64,000 bases of DNA. Origin: Callorhinchus milii. Taxonomy: Eukaryota. Below the pieces are notes generated by a model that saw only the letters and a list, made by a program, of their open reading frames with translations, searched no databases and was not told where the DNA came from. The stretch covers positions 74,712,001 to 74,776,000 of the forward strand of contig NW_024704743.1 of assembly GCF_018977255.1 (NCBI RefSeq), given 5' to 3'. The position numbers were made by a program, and so were the translations under genes. Positions 1-11,015 of this stretch are shown here, piece after piece. Each line of letters starts with the position of its first letter. Positions within the stretch are counted from its first letter, which is position 1.

Positions 1-3000
1 TGATCTTGCATGTTAAGATGTAATGATCTTCAAGGTGTAAGCTGGTAGGAATTTTGTGCCACTGCCTGCTGCAATGATGCTTCGGAGTGATGCTTATAAA
101 AGGATCAGGGTAAAGTGGGACATGGCTTCATTGCTCGAGCTTGCAATGCCCATGTGTTGCTGGCAGACAGAACAGATTCTCCCATTCCATTCAGTTCCTG
201 ATCCAAATGCAACATTTTTCTGAGAGCAACCAAACAGAGATCAGACACCTCCTTTCTGGGAATGTCTCGGTTGGTATTAAAGTATTTTTTGTTGCAACTG
301 ACTGGGAAGGTTCCTGAACTTGTGGAGATCTTATTGTAAAAAGTATTCCTATGGGAATGGTTAGCTAGCTTATTTTGCACTATCGGGCTCAGAATCTTCT
401 TGCGGAGGATTCAAAAAGAAATAGAACTGGATAGCAGAAGCGAGTGTTAACCGCAAGTCTTCAGACGTCTGGCGTCAGATTATTTCATTTGTAAGACTAT
501 GGTTTTGAAATTTAAGATTGTGGGGAATTTTGCAAAGCAGTCTCAATTCCAATCTTGATTTGTTTTCTGCAAATATTTTTGAAGCTTACAGCCAAGTAGA
601 ATTTGGGGTTTCTGATTTTCAAAAAGGCATAATGATAACAAGGCTCCTTCTTTAAAGTAAGACACTTTTATGTATAAGTAAGACAGATTATGTACCTCTT
701 TGCCTCATAAGCAAAGCACTCCAAGACACTACCCCAGTGAAGGGTGCTATTATAAATGGAAGTTGTTGTTGTTGTTGTCAAGTGCACCTTTCTCAATATG
801 TGCAACCATTCCTTGATGTAAATGGACATTTCTTTCTGTATTAAAAAATCTGCAGTACTGCAGAAAGTCAAGGTTAAGCTTGCAAATAACAATGGATGTG
901 TGATGAACCATGATACAGTTAACCAGTGTCACAAGATTTCAGTGTAGCCAGCAATATTGCAATAAACTGTTATAGTTCACAATCTTGCGTTTGATTTGTT
1001 TCATGGATATAAATACAGTTTAACATTTATATAGAATCTTTCACATAAAATAAATATCTTGAAGCGTTTTACGGAAGTAATTCATATGATGTGAAGTCGG
1101 AAATGCGGCAGCTTATCAATGTCAGCAACCGTCTTACATACAACCATGAGGTGAATATCCTATTGATTCAAAGTTCCAGGGTGAATGTGGATGAGGAAGG
1201 AATATAATAATAATCCTTGCATTTGATCTAGCCTATCATCAAAATGTCTCAAAGCATTTTACAGGATTTGCTGTAAAAATACTGTGCATTTTGGTAGGCA
1301 AACACAGAGCCAATTTGTGCACAGCAATGTCACACAATTTATCTGGGGACTGTTGGCCAGGACACCGGGAGAAATACCCTTTCTTCTCAAATAGTGCCAT
1401 GGGATCTTTAACATCCACCTGAACAGGCAGTTGAGGACTTGGATTAACTTCTTATCCAAAGGACAGCACCTCTGACAATGCAGCAAACCTCCAGCACTGT
1501 ATTGGAGTACCAGCCTAGCCTGTGAGTTCAAAGTCCCAACATGGGACTTGGGTCCACAACCTTCTGACTCAGAAGTGAGAGTGCTAACAACTGAGTCAGG
1601 CTGACTTCTACAACCAAATAACCTATAATTGCAGATTCATCACAATGATATATGCTTACAGAAGATCGATACAATTTGTTTAGATGAAATCCATCTGATC
1701 TCATTCTTCATCCTTCCAAGCTACCCTACTGCCTTCCTATCACTACATCAAGTTGTTTCTTATATGAGTCCAATGTCCTGAACTCAGACAACCTGCTTAT
1801 TACTCTTTATTGCTCTTATTATTACTCTTTGCGTAAAGAGATATTTCCTGTGTCTGTCTTGAAATGCTGCTTTCCAACGTTAAATTTATGTCCCTTTGTT
1901 TTACAGAGAACATCGAAATAGTCATTTTATTTATGTAAAATAAAATTTAATACTGGGAATCATCCTTGTTACTCTCCTCTGCACTGCCTCCAGGGCCTGG
2001 CAGTCCCCTTATAGTCAGAGCCTTGGGATGTCCTTCCCCCGTGATGTCAATTTGTTGCTGCTATAATAATAATAATAACAATAATCCTTGCATTTCATAT
2101 AGAGACTTATCACATCTTATTATCATTATATGTTATCATATATTATTATCTTCGAGACATCTCAAAGCGATTCGCAGAATGTGTTGTACAGGGAATTGAC
2201 TAAAATTTGTGTGTGAAACATAATGTCACTGCGATCAGAATTTTATACAGTGCTCCAGGTGTTGCCTGTTCAGAGCGCCGTATAGCCTGGGAGATGGGGG
2301 GATGGTGGGGGTGGGGGCGGTGGGCGGGGTGGGGGGGTGTGAGTGTGGGGTGAGGTCGGGGTGGGGAGTCTGCATTGATAAAGATCACATGAACCACAAA
2401 TATAGTCTGATAGTGACATAGTTGCAGTTCTTGCAGGAGTGGCCATTTTTCCATCTAGTTGATACAAGCAACTTCCCAAAAGTAAATTCAAGCTCATCTC
2501 GTTGCCAGCCTGATGGAATATTCCAAACATTTCTCACTCCTAAACCAAAAGCACTCCTGACATTTGTTCTGGACCATTTTTGACTAATATCTGCTCAACC
2601 TATTTCTGGTCATCTAGTGGCCATGTGGTGTTTTACATCCTCTTGTGCAGGGAAATCCCTTACAAATCAGTGGCGCTTGATTCAAACTGAATAGTTTGAA
2701 GATTGAATCAAAAAAGAATGGCACCTGATTAGAATTTCTGTTAACCACCTCAGCGGACTTGTGTCCACAAAGGTAGGATACCAGTACCTAGCACGGGAAT
2801 GTCAAACGGATATATTAATGGGGAGTTCTGTAACAATATAATAATAATCTTTGCATTTGACATAGCAATTTATCACAACATCAAGATGTCTTAAAGTGCT
2901 TGATAGTATTTTGTGCACAGCAATAGCGACTGAGGTAGATTTGGGAAGATTCAAGATGCAGAAGTCAGATTCAAAAAAGATGCTAGAAAGATTGACAAAG

Positions 3001-3168
3001 GTTCAACAAAGTTGTCAGAGGATTCTATCGATTGGTTTTCTCTTAAAAACATCGATGCTATTTGTTTCAACCACAGCTTCCAGTACGACATTCCTCCTAA
3101 ACTCCCTATTAGATTTACTATTGGCTAAATTGTATTTATGCCCTCTAATTTTGGACTCACCAACAAGT

Positions 3169-3478
3169 GAGTTCTGTAGCTCAGTGGTTAGAGCACTTGC
3201 CTTGCGAGTGAGACACCTGGGTTCAATTCCAGGCAGAGAGCGAAACCTTGGGTAAGTTTCCTTACTCCACACAGAGCCTAATAATAATCCCTCCAAAATA
3301 AATAAATAAATAGGTCATTTTCAATCCACAACTGTGTGTGGGACACTGCTGTGCGCAATTGGCTGCTGCATTTCGCCTACAAATATACAGTAAATTAACT
3401 TTATAACATATTCTTTGAAGCGCTTTGAGACGTCAAGAAAATGTGAAAAGCGCTATATCAAATGCAAGGATAACTATT
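3169..3478 (+). mobile_element. tRNA-Ala-derived SINE with 11-bp TSD
   Basis: A box tagctcagtgg, B box ggttcaattcc, L2-type tail. TSD accaacaagtg at 3159-3169 and 3479-3489; empty site at 15280-15290. Confidence 0.92.
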
Positions 3479-3875
3479 ACCAACAAGTGGAAAAGGCTAT
3501 CAACATTTACCTTATCAATCCTTTCATAATCTTAAACACTTCTTTCAGCTCCCCTCCCACTTGGCTCAATTCTGAAGAGAAAAGTTGTAACCTGTCCAAT
3601 ATGCTCCCACTGGCCGACATTATCCATAGGGTTCACTTCCAATTCTATCTGCCTCTATCCTCAATTCCAGGGCCACTGCTGTTCTCACATCCAATTTCTT
3701 CAATTGAATGTTGACAAGACAGACGGAGGCTCTACTGTTTAGCTCCAGTGTAGAGGATGATCCCCAGTGGTAGAGGAATGAGCTATGAGCAACGACTAGA
3801 CCTGCTTAGGCTCTTCAGTCTTGAGAGGACATCTCAGAGGGGTCCTTATTGATGCCATGGCAGATACTAGGTTGT

Positions 3876-4100
3876 CAGAGAGAGAGAGAGAGACATACAC
3901 ACACAGAGAGAGAAAGAGAAAGAGAGCTACAGAGACACACAGATAGAAAGAGAAAGATACAGGGACACGGAGAGAGAGAGATACAAAGACACGGAGAGAG
4001 AGTGTTACAGAGACACAGAGAGAGAGAGAGAGAGAGATACAGAGACAGAGACACACACAGACAGACAAATACGGAGATACACACACACAAAGAAAGACAC
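3876..4100. repeat. (GA)n/(CA)n compound microsatellite
   Basis: Visible dinucleotide tracts. Confidence 0.9.
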
Positions 4101-5095
4101 ATATCTCGAACCGCTTTGAGACAACCTCCTGACATGAAAGGCACTTTATAAATGTAAAACAACAACAAGATTACATTTGTATAAAAAACTTGTTGTTGGA
4201 GATAAAGATTACTGCGAGATGGATAATTTACTCCTATTTTCTCTTGAAATCAGGTGCATCTCTTAAACCAAACAACTAGTGAAAAGTGATTTTCTACAAT
4301 AAACTTTTGTTAGCAAAAGTATATTTTCTACCTTTTTTATCTCTCACTGATCACTTCTCTGCTGACATAAAACGACTTATTTGTTTTTTTCTATGGTTCC
4401 TCTTTGATTGAGATGGAATTTCCCCACAAGTTCTCAAGGCTAAGGCCATGAGATACCTTGGGCCAATGCAGGGTGGGGGGAGAGGGGTTGTGAGGAATAC
4501 ATGCCCTGACATAGCCACAAAAAACGTCCAATATCACCAAGAGCATTGAAGCAAGTTTAGGAATAGTTCAATGACAATAATTTGATGGGTAGACTCAAAT
4601 GTTTGCCACAACTAGCGCAGAGTCAAGGGGAAGAGCTGTGATCTATGGAGAACACCCTTACAGCAGCAGAACAGATGGTGGGAAATAGTTTCTACATTTT
4701 GAGGCAACAAACGGTCCAGACATTTGTCGCCTCTGACTCTGGGAAGCTTATTAGATTGCGTACGTACCCATCAGAGGCCAGAGTGCTACCCACTGAGCTA
4801 GGCTGACACCTCAGATGTCAGATGATAATAATAATAATAATAATCCTTGCATTTGATATAGTGCCTTATTACATTCTTGAGACGTCTTCACAGAATATAC
4901 TGTAATGTAAATTAACTGTGTATTTTGTGGGAGAAATGCAACAGCCAATTGCACACAGCAGTGTTCCAAAATATTACATGACCAATACAAACAGTCATGT
5001 ATTGAGGGACTAAATTATTACGTTTTTTGAATGATTATTACCACCGGAAACGCTATTCATGAATCGACTAACAACAGGTTCCTACTTACTATTAG

Positions 5096-5930
5096 GTAAA
5101 CAGAGGAGTGTGAAGTAAGGAAACTTGCCTAAGATTTCACTGCTCTGGATATACACCTTCATGGTATCAGGGGCGAACTTTGCTTTCAGTGAATCAGGAA
5201 ACAATATCGTATAGCAGTAAGAACTGTCAAATCCCATAGTACTGTCAAATTTCATGTGTGTCAGCCTGGCTCAGTTGGTAATAATAATAATAATCCTTAT
5301 AATCCTTGCATTTGATATAGCGCTTTTCACGTCGGGAGGACGTCCCAAAGCGCTTCACAGAACACACTGTAAAGTGAATTGACTGTATATTTGTGGGCGA
5401 ACGCGGCAGCCAATTGCGCACAGCAATGTCCCACAAACAGTCTTAGATTGAAAATGACCAATTTATTATTGTTTTTGGTTTTTGAAGGGATTATTATTAG
5501 GCGTGTGGAGTAAGGAAACTTGCCCAAGGTTTTGCCCTGCCTGGAATTGAACTCAGGTCTCTCACTTGCAAAGCGAGTGCTCTAACCACTGAGCTACAGG
5601 ACTCTGTAGCCCTCTTCTTTGAGTCAGAAGGTTGTGGGTTCAAGCCCCACATCAGGAATTGAACTCATAGTCTTGTGTAAACAGAGGAGTGTGAAGTAAG
5701 GAAACTTGCCTAAGATTTCACTGTTCTGGATATACACCTTCATGGTATCAGGGGCGAACTTTGCTTTCAGTGAATCAGGAAACAATATCGTATAGCAGTA
5801 AGAACTGTCAAATCCCATAGTACTGTCAAATTTCATGTGTGTCAGGCTGGCTCAGTTGTAGCCCTCTTCTTTGAGTCAGAAGGTTGTGGGTTCAAGCCCC
5901 ACATCAGGAATTGAACTCATAGTCTTGTGT
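5096..5930 (+). repeat. ~254-bp tandem duplication, first unit interrupted by a SINE
   Basis: 5096-5277 plus 5605-5678 is repeated at 5677-5930. Confidence 0.88.
5279..5604 (-). mobile_element. tRNA-Ala SINE, young short form
   Basis: Full head-to-(TAT)n-tail match to the other copies. Confidence 0.9.
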
Positions 5931-6255
5931 GACACTCCAATTCAGGTTCAGGGTGGAGGTGCCTGCTACAGATGAGATGTTAAACTGAGGCCCTGTCTGC
6001 CAAATGTTAAACATCCAATGGCACTTTCCGTAAAGAGAAGGGACTTTCTCCCAGTGTCCTGGCCAACAAAGCCCCTGATAAAATTGGTAATTCACTTCAT
6101 GACTGTTTGTGGGACTTTGTCTGTGCAAATTGGCCACAGTGATTGCCAATAAAACATACACAGTTACTCCACTTTACAGTGTGCCCTGTGAAGCACTTTG
6201 GGATGTCCTCCGAACGTGAAAGGTGCTGTATCAAATGTAAGGATAATTATTATTG
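5841..6255 (+). mobile_element. Deu-domain (SacSINE1/AmnSINE-like) tRNA SINE; other copies at ~1205-1606 -, 9278-9680 -, 20620-21478 +, 25130-25350 +, 25545-25850 -, 30035-30420 -, 53185-53440 -
   Basis: Head gtcaggctggctcagttg...tgagtcagaaggttgtgggttcaagcccca; Deu-like body gatgagatgttaaactgagg...atggcact...tgtcctggccaa; L2-like tail. Family name assigned from recalled consensus, not from a search. Confidence 0.75.
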
Positions 6256-7053
6256 TAGTGAGATAGACAGATACTGGGATATGAAAGGCATTCAAGAGTC
6301 TTGTGAAAGGAAGCGGGGGCGGGTGGGTGGGTATTGGGAGTAAAAGATCTGTCAGGATCTAATAAACTGGTGGAGAACAGGCTTGATGGGATAAATGGCC
6401 TATTCCTTCTTTCCTAAGTTTCTTTGAGTTAAAGGCTTGAAAGATCGGACAAAAACACAGGTAAAATGTTGGTAGTAAAACAGCTATCACAGACCTTTGA
6501 GAATCAGAATTTCTTTCACAATTTTTCCAGTATTTTTTATTGGAATGCATACACAATCCCACAGTTTAAATCCTAATTGCTAGAAGTGGCCTTTGGTTCA
6601 CAAGTGAACTATTTTCAATCTCAGGGCGATGAGATTATGTTATGAATTTTAAAACTCCTTAATTTTGTATAGAATTAAAAGTTTGTTTCTTTTGTCATGT
6701 ACTTCCCATTTCTGATGCAAATCCATTTCTCCTCGCTCTTCTGTTTTTTATAACGAGGATTCAAAACAAAAGAGTTGCTCATTGTTTCCCTACAAAAAGT
6801 GTAGTGGCAAAATGTGCTGACCTATCGAAAGACGAAAAGCCTTGATATTTCAATATTCTAAGACTTCTGCAAATTCCAGTATCACAAGAAGGAACGAGGC
6901 TTGTGAAGCCTCCGTATGTACATTACACAAATAATAATTTATTTCTTGAACTAGCATTGGATTTTGCATTATTATTTTGTAGAACAAATCGCTGCTTTCC
7001 ATTCTCAACTGCTAATGCTTGTTGTGCAAGGGTGACTTCTGCAGAGCGCAGGG

Positions 7054-8138
7054 ATGACGACTGCACTGCCTACTGAGGATTATTATAACTATGACAATTA
7101 CAATTACAATTACTCCGACGAAGACTTTGTTGTTCTCTGTGAAAATTACAATAGCAACATGTTTGGAGCCACATTGACAGTCACTTTGTACAGCTTGATC
7201 TTCATTTTAAGCGTGGTTGGAAACAGTTTGGTTTTGTGGATCATGTTGAGGTACGAGAAGCTGAAAACCATAACGGACATATTCATTGTGAATCTGGCCA
7301 TTTCGGATTTGCTTTTTGCCGCCTCGCTCCCGTTTTGGGCAAAGGATCACGTATCTGGATGGGTCTTTGGGAACCCATGTGCAAATTACTGAGCGGTGTT
7401 TTCTTCGTTGGCTATTACAGCGGGATCATGTTTCTGACACTGATGACGGCTGATCGATACTTTGCTGTGGTCCACGCTGTTTACGCTGCAAGAAGTAGAA
7501 AAACCTGCTACGCAGTCACAGCAAGCCTGGTCGTTTGGGCAATTAGTTTATCAGCCTCAGTGCCTGAATTCATTTACTCCACTGAAATTACATGGGATCA
7601 AACAGAGTTTTGTATGGCTAACTATCCAGAAGATAGTGAACACATCTGGTTATTGTTCGGGTATTACCAGCAAATTATATTGTTCTTCTTAATTCCATCA
7701 GTTGTCATTGTGTATTGCTATTATAAAATCATGAACATTGTGCTGAGGTGTAAAGCAAGGAAGAAGTACAAAGCAGTGAAGGTTATCTTGTGTATTGTGG
7801 TGATTTTCTTCCTGTGTTGGGCACCATACAATATGATGATTTTCCTGGTCTCTCTGAAACAACTTAATGTATCGCCATTCACAACCTGTGAGATGAGCAA
7901 ACACATCAACTACGCGTATTTCATCAGTCGTAACCTCGCTTATTTCCACTGCTGTCTCAACCCCATGTTTTACGCTTTTGCGGGTACAAATTTCAGAATA
8001 CATCTAAACAAACTATCAAGAAATCTGTTTCCTTGCATGAGGACTCGAAACCTGTGGATTTACAAAGTCAGGAATCTCAACAGGAGTAGTTCTCATGAGT
8101 ACTCTGAAGCTTTTGTGATGAACACAAGCATCTTGTAA
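7054..8138 (+). CDS. XCR1: XCR1-like chemokine receptor, copy A; frameshifted at ~7374-7376 (pseudogene or homopolymer error)
   Basis: ORFs 7054-7392 (Tyr/acidic N-terminus, GNSLV, NLAISDLL, SLPFW, GWVFGN) and 7236-8138 (MCK, TADRYF, CWAPYN, RNLAYFHCCLNPMFY) join into one 7TM receptor if one C is added to aacccatgtgc. RNLAYFHCC and LRYEKL are XCR1-type motifs, and the gene lies next to FYCO1 as in mammals. Confidence 0.85.
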
Positions 8139-8221
8139 TTATTAGATAAACCAGAGTGTAGTCACAATCTCAGTGGAACCAAAATTATAATTTTAACCAT
8201 AAAGACTATTATATCTTAATA

Positions 8222-8367
8222 CAGTCAAACCTTTCAAGTAACCACCTCCATTCGACAACCACCTCCTGTTAACAACCAGTCCTGACAGCTGTTCCCTCAC
8301 CAATGAACCCTTACTCAGAGGCACTTTGGCCCAATCCCCTGAGTGATTGCTGAGACAGGTTTGACTA
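8222..8367. mobile_element. Tc1/mariner (Tigger/pogo-type) MITE
   Basis: Imperfect ~25-bp TIRs (cagtcaaacct.../...aggtttgacta) flanked by TA on both sides. Confidence 0.75.
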
Positions 8368-11015
8368 TATAGAGGACGCATCGAAAAGTCTTATGGAAAG
8401 TTTTTCAACACAGTGTCAACTTGGAAGCCGCTTCCTTTAAAGAATAGCGTAAAACTGGCTTTGAAATTTAGATTGCAATAAGGGATTTTCCACAATTTAG
8501 TGTGATCCTGAAACGTATGTTGATCTTGCATGTTAAGATGTAATGATCTTCAAGGTGTAAGCTGGTAGGAATTTTCTGCCACTGCCTGCTGCAATGATGC
8601 TTCGGAGTGATGCTTATAAAAGGATCAGGGTAAAGTGGGACATGGCTTCATTGCTCGAGCTTGCAATGCCCATGTGTTGCTGGCAGACAGAACAGATTCT
8701 CCCATTCCATTCAGTTCCTGATCCAAATGCAACATTTTTCTGAGAGCAACCAAACAGAGATCAGACACCTCCTTTCTGGGAATGTCTCGGTTGGTATTAA
8801 AGTATTTTTTGTTGCAACTGACTGGGAAGGTTCCTGAACTTGTGGAGATCTTATTGTAAAAAGTATTCCTATGGGAATGGTTAGCTAGCTTATTTTGCAC
8901 TATCGGGCTCAGACTCTTCTTGCGGAGGATTCAAAAAGAAATAGAACTGGATAGCAGAAGCGAGTGTTAACCGCAAGTCTTCAGACGTCTGGGGTCAGAT
9001 TATTTCATTTGTAAGACTATGGTTTTGAAATTTAAATAAACTGTTACAGTACACAATCCTGCGTTTGATTTGTTTCATGGATATAACTACAGTTTAACAT
9101 TTATATAGAATCTTTCACATAAAATAAATATCTTGAAGCGTTTTACGGAAGTAATTCATATGATGTGAAGTCGGAAATGCGGCAGCTTATCAATGTCAGC
9201 AACCGTCTTACATACAACCATGAGGTGAATATCCTATTGATTCAAAGTTCCAGGGTGAATGTGGATGAGGAAGGAATATAATAATAATCCTTGCATTTGA
9301 TCTAGCCTATCATCAAAATGTCTCAAAGCATTTTACAGGATTTGCTGTAAAAATACTGTGCATTTTGGTAGGCAAACACAGAGCCAATTTGTGCACAGCA
9401 ATGTCACACAATTTATCTGGGGACTGTTGGCCAGGACACCGGGAGAAATACCCTTTCTTCTCAAATAGTGCCATGGGATCTTTAACATTCACCTGAACAG
9501 GCAGTTGAGGACTTGGATTAACTTCTTATCCAAAGGACAGCACCTCAGACAATGCAGCAAACCTCCATGCGCTGTATTGGAGTACCAGCCTAGCCTGTGA
9601 GTTCAAAGTCCCAACATGGGACTTGGGTCCACAACCTTCTGACTCAGAAGTGAGAGTGCTAACAACTGAGTCAGGCTGACGTCTATAAACCCAAATAACC
9701 TATAATTGCAGATTCATCACAATGATATATGCTTACAGAAGATCGATACAATTTGTTTAGATGAAATCCATCTGATCTCATTCTTCATCCTTCCAAGCTA
9801 CCCTACTGCCTTCCTATCACTACATCAAGTTGTTTCTTATATGAGTCCAATGTCCTGAACTCAAACACCCTTCCAGACAATCTGTTCCAGTCGTTAATTA
9901 AATATTCTTTGCATAAGGAAATATTTCCTGTGTCTGTCTTGCATTCCCCTTTGCAACGCTAAATTGATGTCCCCTTGTTTTACGGAGAACATGAAAACAA
10001 TAATTTTACTGATGTAAAATAAAATTTAATACTGGGAATCATCCTTGTTAGTCTCCTCTGCACTTTTTTGACTAATTTCTGCTCAACCTATTTCCTTGGC
10101 TCATTTTGAAGGTTTTACTAGCTTTCATTTATCTCAGCTGTTAATTTAAACCATCCCCATGAACCTATTTTTAGATCAGGTTCTCCACACTAATTCATTT
10201 CATTCCAGGACCAACATAATGCTTCACCCACAAAATTCACAGACTTTGTCTCCTTTACCCCCGTTGACAGATTTTGAATTTCCATCAGAAGAGGATTCTA
10301 GCTTAATTCAGTTAATCATCTCTTCAGCCACCCTCAAATAATAATAAGCTTTGCATTTGATATCTCAAAGACGTGAAAGGCGCTATATCAAATTCAAGGA
10401 TTATTATTATTATTATATAGCGCTTGTGATATCAAAATGCCACAAACTGTAATTACTGTTATTTTGTAGGTGAATATGGCAGCTGATTTATACCCAGCAA
10501 TATCCCACAAAACAGTAGTGAAGTGAATGATGAATTTATTTCGAGGATTGTTGGTCAGGACAGCAGAGTTTGAGGGATATTGCTATGCGCAAATTGGCTG
10601 ACTTGTTCACCTACAAATAATACAAATCAGGAAATCGTTCTGCAGTCTGCACACCAAATAAGAAAGGATATGATACGAATAATAGTAAATACAGTAAATG
10701 CTTATCTATGGGCTTTTCGCTCACAAATATACAGTCAATTCACTTTACAGCATATTCTGTGAAGCGCTTTGAGATGTCTAGAAGACATGAAAAGCGCTAT
10801 ATCAAATGCAAGGATTATTATTATTATCTATGTGTTGTGTGTGTCTCTCTCTGAGAGTGAGTGTGCAGATAGTCAGGTGTGGGGACAGTCAGACACTTCA
10901 AGAGTTGATAATCGGGCAGTGAGGTGTGTAGAGTCAGCAATACAAACATAAGTAGTGTTTAGAAAGCTGAGCTGGGCCTCCTGTTCTGTGCTGGTCATCT
11001 AGTGTTCACTAGATG

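Larger units (their letters stand above)
1..4830 (+). repeat. Segmental duplication, copy 1 (paralogous to 8521-~15670)
   Basis: 1-515 matches 8521-9035 almost exactly. 961-1985 matches 9036-10063, and 2606-3838 matches 10991-11004 plus 14735-15641, with copy-specific indels and TE insertions. Confidence 0.93.

Noticed and set aside
105..380. Identical 91-aa ORFs at 105-380 and 8625-8900 (-)
   Set aside because: Non-ATG start and no recognisable domain; the identity is explained by the segmental duplication.
3796..4168. ORFs rich in ER/SL/CV repeats
   Set aside because: Translations of a GA/CA microsatellite.
5245..5527. Recurrent ORFs (MGKFPYST..., MWDIAVRNWLPRSP...) at several loci
   Set aside because: Translations of SINE copies, not a gene family.
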